From Octopus vulgaris (Eukaryota): a stretch of 64,000 bases of DNA. The DNA lies in the NCBI GenBank assembly GCA_951406725.2, contig OX597836.1:25172001-25236000 (forward strand), given 5' to 3'. How positions within the stretch are numbered: the first letter of the stretch is position 1; every line of letters begins with the position of its first letter. The translations under genes and the position numbers were made by a program. The notes below the pieces were generated by a model. It saw nothing but the letters and a program-made list of their open reading frames with translations. It made no database searches and was not told the DNA's origin. Of the stretch, positions 1 through 13,430 are shown piece by piece.

Positions 1-289
1 ACCAGTTGAACCCTGGGTGGGGTTGAAGTAAACGACTTATCTTCCTACCACTGCCACGAAATTGCTGGCCTTGTGCCAAAATTTGAAATCTTTATTAAAC
101 AATAAGAAGAACAATATTCAAATGCGTTTATTGAACTGGACAACTTGAAAAGTATTTTGACAGACAGACAGTCTGTCCTCCCTGGGTTCCAAATCGCAAA
201 TGGAAAGAACATAGAAATTCAGAAACACAAAATATGAACGGAGGCAGTCTTTTATTTCATACAAATTGTTTATTTACGTTTGTGAAAAG

Positions 290-950
290 TTGTGTCAGGC
301 AGAGTAGTTAGCATGCTGGACGAAATGCTTAGTGGTGTTTCACCTGTCATTATGTTCTGAGTTCAAATTCTACCGAGGTTGGCTTTGCCTTTCATTGTTT
401 TGAGGTCGATAAATTAAGTGCCAGTGAAACACTGGGATCACTGTAATTGACTAGTCCAGTCCCCTAAAAAATTTCAGGCCTTGTGCCTATAGTAGAAACA
501 ATTATTATTATTATTAAGGCAGCGAGCTGGCAGAACCGTTAGCACACCGGACGAAATGCTTAGCGGTATTTCGTCTGCCATTACGTTCTGAGTTCAAATT
601 CCACCGAGGACGACTTTGCCTTTCATCCTTTTGGGGTCGAATAAATAAGTACCAGTTACGCACTGGCGTTGATATAATCGACTTAATCCGTTTGTCTGTC
701 CTTGTTTGTCCTCTCTGTGTTTAGCCCCTTGTAGGTAGTAAAGATATAGGTATTGTGTCTGTCGTTACATTCTGAGTTCAAATTCCACTGAGGTCAACTT
801 TGCCTTTCATCTTTTCAGGGTTGATAAAATAAGTACCAGTTGAGTACTGGGGTCGATGTAATTGACTTATCCCCCTCCCTAAATATCAGGCCTTGTACCT
901 ATAGTAGAAAGGTTTATTATTATTATATTATTATTATTATTATTATTATT
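290..950 (+). mobile_element. Head-to-tail cluster of SINE family A copies with (TTA)n tails (similar clusters at ~1670-2530, 28070-29560, 54080-55200, 60390-61090)
   Basis: Repeated GAGTTCAAATTCC...CTTTGCCTTTCATCC...AAGTACCAG...CAGGCCTTGTGCC units separated by (TTA)n. Confidence 0.85.
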
Positions 951-1269
951 ATTGTTATTGTTCAGTAGTCTTATTTTCATTTCATGCTTTCAGTGCACAC
1001 ACAGAGTGCAGCTCTCTGTGTGCTGTGGATCTGCAGTTGTGGTTTGTTTCGGTTTTGTTATTTCTGCTGTATTGAAAGTGCTCTACAGAGGAAGTGTGCA
1101 GTGCCTGGCTGGGCTTCTTTTCTCTCAGTTACATAGTCATGAACCCTGTGGTTTTCCTTATGTATTTGTATGTTTTTTGAGTATACTTAATGCACCTTTT
1201 ATTATTATTATAGGGTTGTTTCTTCTATTATTATTATTATTATCATTATTATTATTATTATTGTTATCA

Positions 1270-1629
1270 TGTCTGCCTTAGCGAAGGTAGAGGTATTATT
1301 TTCAGTTGCATTTGTTAATCTTTTCATGGACAAGATCAAGATCTGCTGGATGGATTCAGAGGAAACTTTCAGTGATGTTTGGCTTCATGACTGGCATGAA
1401 TTGATTAGATTTTGGGATTGATCCAGTACTGGACAAGAGTTCTGGATTATTTTTCCTGTTTGTTTTTTCTACTTAATTTTTGAGAGCGATCCAGTTCATT
1501 TTTATATTTTCATTTGTAAGAGCCGTCAAGTTTATTTTGGATATTCTCATTTTAAAAATCATCTCTGGCTAATCATTTAGAGGACGTTGGTGTTGCCTTT
1601 GGAGAGGTGTGCACTCTCTGAGTGCTCTC

Positions 1630-1632
<3 letters not shown>
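1270..1632 (+). mobile_element. Possible Helentron/DINE-like non-autonomous element
   Basis: 5' hairpin CTGCCTT(agcg)AAGGTAG and 3' CCTTTGGAGAGGTGTGCACTCTCTGAGTGC hairpin, inserted in (TTA)n. Confidence 0.4.
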
Positions 1633-1664
<32 letters not shown>

Positions 1665-2028
1665 TGTTGTTGAGGTTGAATTTACCTTTGTCCTTTCTGG
1701 ATTGATAGGTTACTAGTTAGATGTAGCTTCATTAAGTACCAGTTATATGTTGAGGTTGAGCTAAACACTTTTATTCCTCCTGTTCCAGTATCTGTCCTTG
1801 AGTCAATCTTATCATCATCATTAAACTAGCAGAATCATTAACCTGGCAGGTAAAATGCTTAATGGCTTGTCATCTGTATTTTATGTTCTGAGTTCAAGTG
1901 CTGCCAATGTCAGCTTTGCCTTTCATCCTTTCAGGGTCGATAAATTAAGTACCAGTTGTGTTTTGGGGTCGACCTAATCGACTGGCCTCCTCCCCCAGCA
2001 GAAACTATTATTATTATTATAATTATTA

Positions 2029-2074
<46 letters not shown>

Positions 2075-2630
2075 GGTATGAGGTTGGTAGAATTGTTAGG
2101 ATGCCAGACAAAATGCTAAGCAGCATGCTTTCTGCTTTTATGTTCCAAGTTCAAATTCCACTGAAGTCCACTTTGCCGTTCATCCTTCTGGGGGTCAATA
2201 AAATAAGTACCAGTTGAATACTGAAAGTCAATGTGAATGACTTTTCCCCATCTCAAAATTGCTGGCCTTGTGCCTATAGAAGAAAGGATTATTACTGACA
2301 TTGGCCAAAGTGATGGAATGTTTGACTTATCGGACCAATTTTGTATTTGTTCTGCCTGTTTGCATTTTGAGTTCAATTCCTATTGATGTCACCTTTGCCT
2401 TTCCTCATTTCACGATTGATAAAATAAGCACCAGTTAATTACAGAAATCGATATAATTGACTGGCCCCCTCCCCTCAAATTTCTGGACGTGTGCCTATCT
2501 TATAAACAATTGTTATTAGTATTATTATGCAGTGGGAGCAAGGGATCTTGTGTTGTTTACTGCTGACCTTTTCAATTCTGGCATTTAAACTGGTCTAAAT
2601 ATGCTACCTGTTCTGTTCTGTGTTCAAATT

Positions 2631-2675
2631 GACCTCTGATGAGAATTCAATAAGATTTGAAAATTGATTAAGGTC
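2631..2675 (+). ncRNA. Minimal type I hammerhead ribozyme motif, canonical core
   Basis: GACCT-CTGATGA-GAATT(caataa)GATTT-GAAA-ATTGAT-TA^AGGTC. Helix I GACCT/AGGTC is perfect, the core CUGAUGA...GAAA...UH is intact, and helix III is near-palindromic. Confidence 0.65.
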
Positions 2676-3140
2676 GTTTGTTTTTTTTTTTCAATCTACA
2701 GCGAAACAACTTAATTAGCCATGTTTATATCGTTACTCTACAGTCTACAGACACACACACATGCACCCACTGCTGAACCCATGACAACCTGGAAAATGGA
2801 TGCTCTGTGTGTGTGTGAAAGAGAGAGAGAGAGAGAGAACATGAGGAGTTTATTTCATTGATGATCTAGACCCCATAGGTACACTGAGTATAAGTTCTAG
2901 AATCGGTCATCCGTTAGGTTCCAAGTTCACAGTTGAGGCTGGAGCTAGGGATCCATAGTAGGCTTCCGAGTCAGCAGGTATTAGTAGTAGTACCCTTACC
3001 GCCATATATATATATTTATAATGTCAATAACGATATGAAGATTTTTCTCATCCATAGATTTTACTTAACAGCTATTTAGAACATATTCTCCAGACATGCA
3101 CATGTTTCAACTGCTGTGATATAAAAGATATAACTATATC

Positions 3141-3660
3141 TTGGTATCTCTAAGACCGATCTATATCAGCCAATTGGTATGTTTATCTAAGGCCTGTCTC
3201 TTTCTCTCTCTCTCTGTCAGTTGGTATATCTAAGACCTGTCTCTGTCAGTTGGTATATCTAAGACCTGTCTCTGTTAGTTGGTGTATCTAAGACCTGTCT
3301 CTGTCAGTTGGTGTATCTAAGACCTGTCTCTGTCAGTTAGTTGGTATATCTAAGACCTGTCTCTGTCAGTTGGTGTATCTAAGACCTGTCTCTGTCAGTT
3401 GGTACATCTAAGATCTGTCTCTGTCATTTGGTGTATCTAAGACCTGTCTCTGTCATTTGGTGTATCTAAGACCTGTCTCTGTCATTTGGTGTATCTAAGA
3501 CCTGTCTCTGTCAGTTGGTGTATCTAAGACCTGTCTCTGTCAGTTGGTATATCTAAGACCTGTCTCTGTCAGTTGGTATATCTAAGACCTGTCTCTGTCA
3601 GTTAGTTGGTATATCTAAGACCTGTCTCTGTCAGTTAGTTGATATATCTAAGACCTGTCT
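3141..3660. repeat. 29-bp minisatellite (GTTGGTRTATCTAAGACCTGTCTCTGTCA), about 15 good copies plus degenerate leading copies
   Basis: Contiguous units without spacers; some carry a 4-bp GTTA duplication. Confidence 0.95.
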
Positions 3661-4928
3661 ATTATGAAGAATTTTCTCTCTGACCCAATGCCAAAACAGT
3701 GCTGGGATGGAATGGTGTTGTCTGCAGACGGTATCATGATGAGTCCATATTGGTTCTGGCATGATATTAACTCAAGTGTGAGCGGATGGGAACTGAAAAT
3801 GATGGCATTTGGCAGAGAAATTAACAGTTTCTACTCTTCTTTTGCCTGTTCAACAATAACAAAAACAATAATGGCTTTGTTTGATTCTTCACTTGACATT
3901 TAATGGTAAGAAGGGAAAAAGAGAGAGAAGGAGAGAGGAAGGAATTCAGCTGGTGTGAAGGGCTTTATTTTTATGTTAAAGGTTCTACTGAAGTTAACTA
4001 CTATTTGACAAGGCTACATTTCAAATAAATAAATAAATAAGATAAAAATGAACTAAAAAAAATCTGCTAAACTCATTATTTTATAAAATAAAAGAAAAAA
4101 GGGTGGAATTTTGGAACAAACATTCCCACTTTGACTTAAACAAGTTTTTGTGAGGTTTTGGGGAAAATTTCTTTGTTTCAATGTTTTAAACAATTGCAAC
4201 TGTAACAAGATATGTTGTTTAACGCCTTGTTTGTAATTAATTACAAATGTAGATAAACATAAATCAGTGGTTCTAAAATTAGTTGTAAAGCTAGATTTTT
4301 AATAAAATTAACAGAAATATATTCCAGTTTCACCATTTTCCTGCTCATATTGTACTTCTTTCAGAATACTGCACTTAACCCTTCATCAACCTATGTGGCT
4401 GTAACACTGCAGTTTCCTCACCTCTGAACTAGGACAACACGGTTACTGAGTATCTAATATGAGAGAATAAGAAAACCTATAATCCCCCATACAATATCTG
4501 AATGCACACTGACAGTGTTGTACTCTGGAGTTATTGGGTATTTCAGGTTTTACAACCTCACCCTCATCCAGACAACTTGACCTAGGTTGATCAAGTCTGA
4601 GTCCAAATAACATTCTTCTTACCCTGCCAGCCAACTCTTTTTAGCCATGTTCTTGATGGCTCATCTTTTTGCTCCTCATTCCTGTAATGCCCACAGCTTC
4701 TTAGGTCTTACTCAAAATACAACTTGTGTATCCGTGACCACTCAGAACTCAGAGAACTTGATAAAAAACATCGATAAGAAACTTCACTCAGATGTAGAAT
4801 TTATGACTGAGCATCTTATATTGGCGTTTACTACAGCTTGTATATAATCAGCCATGCTTTGACTGAATATAACAGCCAAATCTTTTCTTTCAACAAACCC
4901 CCTACCCTCCCTGAAATGAGGGCCATAT

Positions 4929-4984
<56 letters not shown>

Positions 4985-5029
4985 TGAAGCTTAGACAGTA
5001 GTAGTAACAGCAATATAATAATAATGATG

Positions 5030-5065
<36 letters not shown>

Positions 5066-5595
5066 TTCTGACCTCCCTCTTACACCCATATAAAATTAAA
5101 ACAGGATGGTCACAGTCAGAAACTAATCATCAAATGTTTCTTTTGATCTGCACACTAACCCCTGCCTATACCTCCTGTGTATTACGGCAGATTTGACTGG
5201 GGTTGTTAGGAAAAGGGGTTACCAGACAACAACAACAACAACAACAGCAGCAGCAGTAATAAGTAAAATAACATCCTAAGCTACACATGTTTATTCCAAA
5301 ATAGAATTTATAAAAGCTTTAAAGAAAAAAGTACCGAAAGTTAATCATTTCCTGATATTTGTATAGGGCCTCAAAAAATTTAGTGGTGGGTATAAAGGTT
5401 GATATAGACCCACAGTATGTGACTGGTATTGTGGTCCCATATAGAGGATGCGATAGACCGGTCATGGGCCAACTGCAACCCATGGGATTTTCTGAATGGC
5501 ATACCTAGTGAAAAATTAGCTGGAATTTTTATAGTAGTTTGGCCTGTCTGGTGATGAGCCATTTCTCATGTGGCCCTTCTTGGAAAAAATTATTC

Positions 5596-6005
5596 AGGCG
5601 TAGGAGTGGCTGTGTGGTAAGTAGCTTGCTAACCAACCACATGGTTCCGGGTTCAGTCCCACTGCGTGGCATCTTGGGCAAGTGTCTTCTGCTATAGCCC
5701 CGGGCCGACCAATGCCTTGTGAGTGGATTTGGTAGACGGAAACTGAAAGAAGCCTGTCGTATATATGTATATTTATATGTATGTATGTGTGTGTGTTTGT
5801 GTGTCTGTTTGTCCCCCTAGCATTGCTTGACAACCGATGCTTGTGTGTTTACGTCCCCGTTACTTAGCGGTTCGGCAAAAAGAGACCGATAGAATAAGTA
5901 CTGGGCTTACAAAGAATAAGTCTCGGGGTTGATTTGCTCGACTAAAGGCGGTGCTCCAGCATGGCCGCAGTCAAATGACTGAAACAAGTAAGAGTAAAAG
6001 AGAGT
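5596..6005 (+). mobile_element. tRNA-derived SINE family B (CORE-like CTTGGGCAAGT); near-identical - strand copy at ~62306-62716; others at ~10730-11030, 19615-20012, 27300-27690, 46455-46752
   Basis: Head GGCGTAGGAGTGGCTGTGTGGTAAG...GGGTTCAGTCCC, internal (TA)/(TG) microsatellite, tail GCTCCAGCATGGCCGCAGTCAAATGACTGAAACAAGTAA. Confidence 0.85.
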
Positions 6006-7307
6006 ATGTCTGATATAGAGTGTGGCTAAATGAAGGGAGTACAGGGTATATATTGGGTAAATGGAGTTCAGGGTATAGAGCAATCTTGGGAAAACTGCAG
6101 CCCATGCAAATTACAGCATAATTAGAATTGGGTCCTTTGACCTATGAGGCCCCTTGGATAAATCAGTGCACTGGTCCCTATAATATTTATTGACAGCATG
6201 CCACAGCATGCATAGATTAGAATTGGGCCCCTAGACCTATGAGGCTCCCAGACAAATCAATGCACTGAGCCCTATAGTGTATATTTATTGTCAGTAAGCT
6301 CCAGCATAAATAGATCAAATTGAAGACCCTAGACACAAGATGTCCCTACGGAACAACCTACTGTGCCCGTGCTTCAGGGCAACACTGGGTGCATAGTTTA
6401 TATTAAAGGGGAAAAGCTTTTTCGAAGGGCACATGATTTATTTTGTTAAGTGTCATGAGATTTTTTTTTCTTTTAAGAAGTAGTCTTATTTTGTTAACAG
6501 ATACATATTTTTAAGGGCCACATTAATTTTTTTTAATGTGTCACGGTCTTACTTAATTAATGGGTACATTTTAATGGGGATGGGGGAAACAGTTTTTGTT
6601 AAAAGGCACATTGTTAAATTTGTTAAATGACATAGGGGTTATTTTTAGGTTAAAATGCCAAGGGTATGGTGTTGGGGGTGGGGTCAACACAAGAGTCCCT
6701 GAATGGTTTGAGTTGCTAGAGATAGTACATTTCACTGCCTTAAATAAACCTGATCACACTGGATAATGTTGTCCTAGATATACTATGTCAGAAAATAAGA
6801 CATGATAGTTATATCAAGAATGATGATAATACATCTGTATGCGTGTGTGTACATGTGTACATCATATATACATATATTTCCATACATCCATACATACACA
6901 CACACATATATACATATACATACATATATACCTACATATATGCAGATGCATTAATACACAAAAGGTTATATGATACTGCACATACAACTGTTAATCTATG
7001 TGTGTGTATGATAGATGTGTGTTTGGTAGGTGTGTTTGTGTGTGTATTTGTATGCACATACATCTTAGCACACACACCCCACAATGCTGTATAAGATCTC
7101 AGTTTAATTATGGGAAAAGTTTAATGTTTCTCATTTTAAATGATTTCCCTTCTGTATTGTCATCTGAGCAGCTTCTGTTGTTGTTGTTGTTGTTGATATT
7201 CACAGAGCATTTATCAAATTATTTATAAACACACACACACAGATATATATATATATACATATGTGTATGTATATATATATCATCATCATCATCATCATCG
7301 TTTAACG

Positions 7308-7348
<41 letters not shown>

Positions 7349-8921
7349 TACATATATAAATATGTGTATGTATATATATATATATAGATATATATATATA
7401 TATATATATATATTTATTTATGCATACACACATTTTTATATATGCATACATGCATATGTGTATATATATGTATATATATATATACATACACACAAATTTC
7501 CTTATTTATTCTTACTCACAGACACACATATTTCATATTTATACATTTTTCATATATACATTCATTTTGTGTATGTATATATATATGTATCTATCTATAT
7601 GTGTGTGTGTGTGTGTGCACACCTATTTCCATATTTATACACACACATACACACCCATATATATTTCCAGATTCACACATACGCATAATATTATATATAA
7701 TGGAAGGTGTGTTTGTGTGTATGCCCCAGTAGGGTGATGATACGCTTGTGACAAGTGAATTCTAGCCGAAGTCTTATCATCGTTTCTGGTTTCCAATCTC
7801 AATAGAACATCCTTCTGTTGATTCACTTTTGGAAAGGCATCACCTGTATCACCTCTGTTTATTCTCCTAAAATCCTTCCTGTCTTCATGTTACATATGAA
7901 GAGGCAATGGGGAGACCCATTCTAGGGAACTCACTAACACACCCACTGTAGTGCTGCCACCACCACCCTCGTCATTATACCAGGCCCAGGCATTAGTGTG
8001 TATGTCTAAGTTTACCTTGGAATCATGTGATTTCTTGGTTGGATCCTGACTGCCTTGCATCTTGGGTACATCTTTCAGCAATTCAGATACTCAATAATGT
8101 CTGAAGGAGAGAAACCCTTCCTTGTGGCATCTGGAAGAGAGAGAGAGAGAGTGAGGGGAAAAAATATCCCCTACTCACATTTTCTGTCTGCCTTAACTGC
8201 AGAATTAAGATATTGGAGACCATCATCTCTCTGAAACTTCACTGTCAATCATTTCTATAACCATCAAGCAGGAATTTTTTGAGTAGTTCACAGAATGAGA
8301 GAAGTTATTTCTTCAAAATCTGAATGCCCTATTTGTCCCTTTTGGTAGTAGCCCCCCACGTGTTATCTTTTGAAGCTTTTCCCTCGCACAGAATGAAAAT
8401 AAATATAAAACCAAAGTCTAACCATTTAGCATTCAGATTATCCTGTCAATTCATAGTTTTTAAAAATTAATCATGAATTACCTTGCTGCTTCAAGATTTT
8501 GATGATGTGATAGAATGACATTGTAGGGAAGGTATGAGAGGTCTGATCTAGCTGGTTTGAACCATTTAACTGGTCGAATATTTTGACTGTATATGGCTGG
8601 TTTAAATGCTAAAGGAACTTGCCCCACAATGTAACAGAAATGCCATTACAAATCTGTAATATTCATAAATACCGTTTCAAAATGGTGTGAATTAAGGATG
8701 GTAGGTATCCTGGGTGGAAGAAAGTTAAACCAAGGAAGATTCTCTGGGAAAATATGGGAAATAAACTTAGATCTACAATGGATGGAATGGAGGTTTTTGG
8801 CATATTATGGCACTATTGGTGGCTTTTTTTTGTAGATTCTTCCTTTATTTAATTCTTTGAAATCTCGCAGCCAAGTTTTATAATTTCTGATGTTTTTTTT
8901 GTTTGTTTGTTTTATTCACAG

Positions 8922-9026
8922 AATTAAAGTCAATGACCAGATCATCGAAGTTGACGGCAAAAGTCTGGTGGGCGTCACCCAAGCGTATGCAGCATCAGTG
9001 CTGAGAAACACGAGTGGAACTGTGAG
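8922..9026 (+). CDS. PPP1R9A/B-like: Neurabin/spinophilin-like exon: C-terminal part of PDZ domain ((R)[34 protein letters not shown](R))
   Basis: Polypyrimidine tract + cag acceptor, AG|gtaagt donor, phase 2-2. The peptide matches the neurabin/spinophilin PDZ as I recall it (RIQVNDQIVEVDG.SLVGVTQ.FAA.VLRNT.G.VRF.IGRE). Confidence 0.95.
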
Positions 9027-9607
9027 GTAAGTTGCCGTTTAGGTCTAACTTTATCAGTTCATGTTTGTGGGAGTGAAGCTTGGTTATTTTTTCCTATCTG
9101 TATAAAGAAATGTGTGTATGTGTGTGTGTGGAGGGGATTAAAGATTGGTATCTGTGTCAAAGATTATGCTGGTTTTTTTTTGTGTGTTTTTGAGGAACAG
9201 AAACTGTTGATAAAGTGGTGGTGGTCATGTTGGTGGTGTGGTGTGTGTGGGGTTAGGATGGTGGTGTAATGGTGTAGGTGGTATCATAGTTGTAGTAGCA
9301 GTTTCAAGGTAGGAGTAGCAGTTGTAGTTTGGATAGGAGTGGTAATATTGCATATACTACTAGTAGTAGTAGTGGTGGTGGAATTTCTGATAATACTGAT
9401 TACTTAGACACAATGACTAATTCCAGACCCCTTCAGAGATGCACACACACACACACACACACACACACAACATCACATATCCACGCACAGAAATAGACTA
9501 AGAGGACCCATCATTTTGACTATTTATGAGTGTGACACTGTATCTTTCCTTCGGGGTTTTGCATAACAACAACCAGCAAACACAAAACATGGTACTTAAT
9601 TCTAATA

Positions 9608-9841
9608 TAAGGCAGCGAGCTGGCAGAAGCGTTAGCACGCCGGGCGAAATGCTTAGCGGTATTTCGTCTGCCGTTACGTTGTGAGTTCAAATTCCGCCGA
9701 GGTCGACTTTGCCTTTCATCCTTTCGGGGTCGATAAATTAAGTACCAGTTACGCACTGGGGTCGATGTAATCGACTTAATACCTATGCCTGTCCTTGTTT
9801 GTCCCCTCTGTGTTTAGCCCCTTGTGGGTAATAAAAAAATA
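9608..9841 (+). mobile_element. Young full-length tRNA-derived SINE, family A (central GCCTTTCATCCTTTCGGGGTCGATAAATTAAGTACCAG, MetaSINE-like)
   Basis: A-box/B-box-like AGCTGGCAGA and GAGTTCAAATTCC, with a perfect 17-bp TSD GGTACTTAATTCTAATA (9591-9607, 9842-9858). Confidence 0.9.
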
Positions 9842-10540
9842 GGTACTTAATTCTAATAGTTGTTAGTCTTTACATTTTTCTCTCAGTTCCAAATTACCAC
9901 CATCATCACCACCGCCGCCACCATCACCACCATATTCACATTTGTTTTTTCATGTTAGCATGAGTTCTAAGAGTCTTTTTCCAATAGCTACCACTTGTTG
10001 CCTTTCTTTACCATTTTTTCTTCATCAGATTCACATTCCTCTCGTTGTCTTTCACTGCTTCTTCTCATATTTTCCTCATTCTTTTTCTCTCCACCTCAGC
10101 TTCCTTCCATTTTTTTTTGCATCATTTCACACTTCTTGAACCCCACCCCACCCCCACCCACCTGTCATTCTTCATACTCATCCCCTGGCCGTGCCATCTC
10201 AGTCTCCTCCCTCGCACATTAAGCCTGAATACTCTTACACACACACACACCAACTTTTTCCTCTCAGATCATTTCCGTTCCATCATTTTTGCACATTAAC
10301 ATTAACATCACACATCCAGCAGAGGATGCCTGCCACCACCTCATTCAAGCTTCCTTTTCCATGTCCTCTGCAATCACTCCATGTTTTGCTGCCCTGCAGC
10401 ATCACCTTTCGTACACAAGTATCATACAACCTGCTATTTATTTGAACAGAATACCTCTTTGTTGCCAACAGACATAATAGTTTTCCTGTCCATATTTTTA
10501 CTCTGGTTCCTAAAGTTTCAGGAAAGTTTTCTCTACTGTT

Positions 10541-10800
10541 ATAGGCACAGGCATGGCTATATGGTAAGAAGTTTGCTTCTCAACCACATGGTTTCAAGTT
10601 CTATCCTACTGTGTGACATTTTTTGAAGTAGACATAGGTGCAGGAGTGGCTGTGTGGTTAAGAAGTTTGCTTTCCAACCACATGGTTTCAAGTTCTATCC
10701 TACTGTGTGACATTTTTTGAAGTAAGACATAGATGCAGGAGTGGCTGTGTGGTTAAGAAGTTTGCTTCCCAACCACATGGTTCCAGGTTCAGTCCCGCTG
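10541..10800 (+). repeat. Tandem triplication of SINE family B head (~95-bp unit)
   Basis: ATAGG..CAGG..TGGCT...AACCACATGGTTTCAAGTTCTATCCTACTGTGTGACATTTTTTGAAGTA repeats; the third copy continues as a full SINE. Confidence 0.85.
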
Positions 10801-13041
10801 CATGGCATCTTGGGCAAGTGTCTTCTACTATAGCCCCGGGCCAATCAAAGCCTTGTGAATGGATTTAGTCGACGGAAACTGAAGGAAGCCTGTCGTGTAT
10901 ATGTGTGTGTGTTTATATCAGTGTTTGTCCTCCACCACTGCTTGAGAACTGGTGTTAGTGTGGTTATGTCCCTGTAACTTAGTAGTTTGGTAAAAAAGAC
11001 TGATAGAATAAGTACCAGACATTAAAAAAGACAAGGGCTATGTATCAGCTACTCTTATTCATATATTTAACACTATGGCATCAGCACTCTATACAACCCT
11101 TTGTCATAACATTAGCAATATGTACCAGCCTGCTGTCTTTTATTTAACACTGTGACACTTGGCCTATGTAAGGGCCTTAAAAGTTTCTCAATACTTTTAT
11201 ATTGATGTATTTTAGTATTATGATTGTCCACTGTCCCTCTGGAATGCCCATAACCTTTTGGTTTGAAGCTATAAAAATATACCAGACTGTGTCACTAGAA
11301 ATTGATTACCTTTCACTGGCTCAGTCCATGTATATGTATATAGGCACCAGGGGGTGAAACTCACCTGTGTAAAGTACAAGAGGTATTTCGTGTCATTAGT
11401 GATGACTTTTCTTTTTGATAGATGACAGTGCTAAGCTTAAAATCTTGTGGTTCTCCTGAGCAAAATCCTGAAGTCTTATGATAATGTGGTTATTAAGGTT
11501 TACTTTTATATTACACTATGGAAGACTGTAGGGATTATAATTTTTTATGACTTAATAGAGTTGTCGCTATTGTTACATATTTAGGAGAGGTTGTAATTTA
11601 CTTATGGAATGTATTTATCGATACGGTTGTACATTGGGTAAATGTGTTTGAAAGTTGTGGTTCCTTTGGTATGTTTGTTCCCAAACAACACTTATTTTAG
11701 TGCTGTTGACACTGCCGGATTGGATGGTACTGCTCAGGTGTCAAAACCACAATGATATCTGTGGGGCAGCTGATGATGGAGGTATGTTGGTATGGCTGTT
11801 TTTGTTTATGTGGATTAGTATTATTGGATTATTGGTATGGCTGCAGAATAGTATTATAACACATCCTTTTGATAAATTTTCCTGAAGAACAACTCTTGAA
11901 AATATATAAATTTGCAGAACTATGCAACCAGTCCCCATACTAAAAATGATAAAAACATGACAGAATTATTACAGGGTTCCAAAATCTGTAGTTTTTTTGT
12001 TTTTTGTTTTTGTGTTTTACTTCTGGTGGAGCAGGGAGGTAGAGAAAAAGGATGAGGAAGTAAAGTTTACACAGATAGAAAAAACATGTTTGTTAGGAAG
12101 TGTTTTATCTTGAATGCATGTATGTACCGCCACAACTATCTAGAGATTCTGGATACTTAAAAAGATCTGGCTGATATCCTGATGTTGCAGCGGGTAGAAG
12201 AGTTATTGTTGTTGTTATATAGCCTGGCTGTTATTGTTGTAATAGTAGTCAGAATCAGAGGAGATATCATCCTGTTATAAAACAAATCCACTTATCTCCT
12301 TTTAAAAGTCCTCCTCACTTGTTCATTACTTCATCTTTCTTCCATCTTGTTATTTCTTCTTTTTCTTTCATCTCCTATCTTCTTTTCATCTTTTCTATTT
12401 TCCTCTCATATTATTTCACATATTATTCTTCCATTTCAACCCCTACCCCACTTATCATCCTTTCCATCTTTTCCCTATTTTTCTTCCCTATTCGCTTCTC
12501 CCTTTTATTCTATTTTGGTCCTTATTCGCTTTCTTCTTTCATTGTCCCCTATTCTTTTGGCTTTGTTCATCATCATCATCATCACCATCATCATTATTAT
12601 TATTATTCCACCGAGGTTGACTTTGCCTTTTGCCCTTTCGGGATCAATAAAAGTAAGTACTGTCTATCTACAGTATATCTACTGCCAGTGTAGACTATGC
12701 CTTGATTTCCTTTTTCTTTTCCCTTTTCTTTAGTACGTTAGCTGTTGGTCCCTAATCAAGTGTTGTAATATAATTGGGACCATAATAGTTTGTACTCACA
12801 AACATTTACTTAGCAGAAGTTATTGGACAGTTCATAAACTACAGCATCTTTCTGTGGATGTTGAGGTTTTCGTGTTGGGTAAAGTTGTTAAAAACTTACT
12901 GATGGTCTGTGATTTTCGAAAGGCAGGTGTTGTTGTTAACAGTGCATCGGCCCAGATCCAGTGGAATTTATAATCAGAGGTGTTGCAGTTTTGAAACAGC
13001 TTTGTTGATCCCTGATGGCATTATCCAACTATGGTAAAGTA

Positions 13042-13430
13042 AGGGAGGAAGCACTCCGTCGGTTACGACGATGAGGGTTCCGGTTGATCCGAATCAACGG
13101 AACAGCCTGCTCGTGAAATTAACGTGTAAGTGGCTGAGCACTCCACAGACACGTGTACCCTTAATGTAGTTCTTGGGGATATTCAGCGTGACATAAAGAG
13201 TGACAAGGCCGGCCCTTTGAAATACAGGTACAACAGAAACAGGAAGTAAGAGTGAGAGAAAGTTGTGATGAAAGAGTACAACAGGGATCACCACCATCCC
13301 CTGCCGGAGCCTCGTGGAGCTTTAGGTGTTTTCGCTCAATAAACACTCACAACGCCCGGTCTGGGAATCGAAACCACGATCCTATGACCGCGAGTCCGCT
13401 GCCCTAACCACTGGGCCATTGCGCCACCAC
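13042..13430 (-). mobile_element. Full-length tRNA-derived SINE family C (other copies at ~30250-30470, 32580-32900, 41670-41978, 55780-56100)
   Basis: Minus-strand tRNA-like head GGCGCAATGGCCCAGTGGTTAGGGCAGCGGACTCGCGG...GGTTTCGATTCCC, with a 13-bp TSD CTATGGTAAAGTA (13029-13041, 13431-13443). Confidence 0.88.

Noticed and set aside
3141-3660. 29-bp repeat array resembling CRISPR repeat length
   Set aside because: Units are contiguous with no unique spacers, there are no cas genes, and the context is eukaryotic. It is a minisatellite.
3664-3903. 79-aa non-repetitive ORF
   Set aside because: No recognisable domain, and no convincing splice sites in either orientation.
11882-11910. CTGAAGA...GAAA hammerhead-like word (also CTGAAGAGTC at ~44219)
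   Set aside because: No helix I or II complementarity in register.
13330-13430. tRNA-like sequence (also at 15267 and other SINE heads)
   Set aside because: These are heads of SINEs with body, tail and TSD, not tRNA genes.
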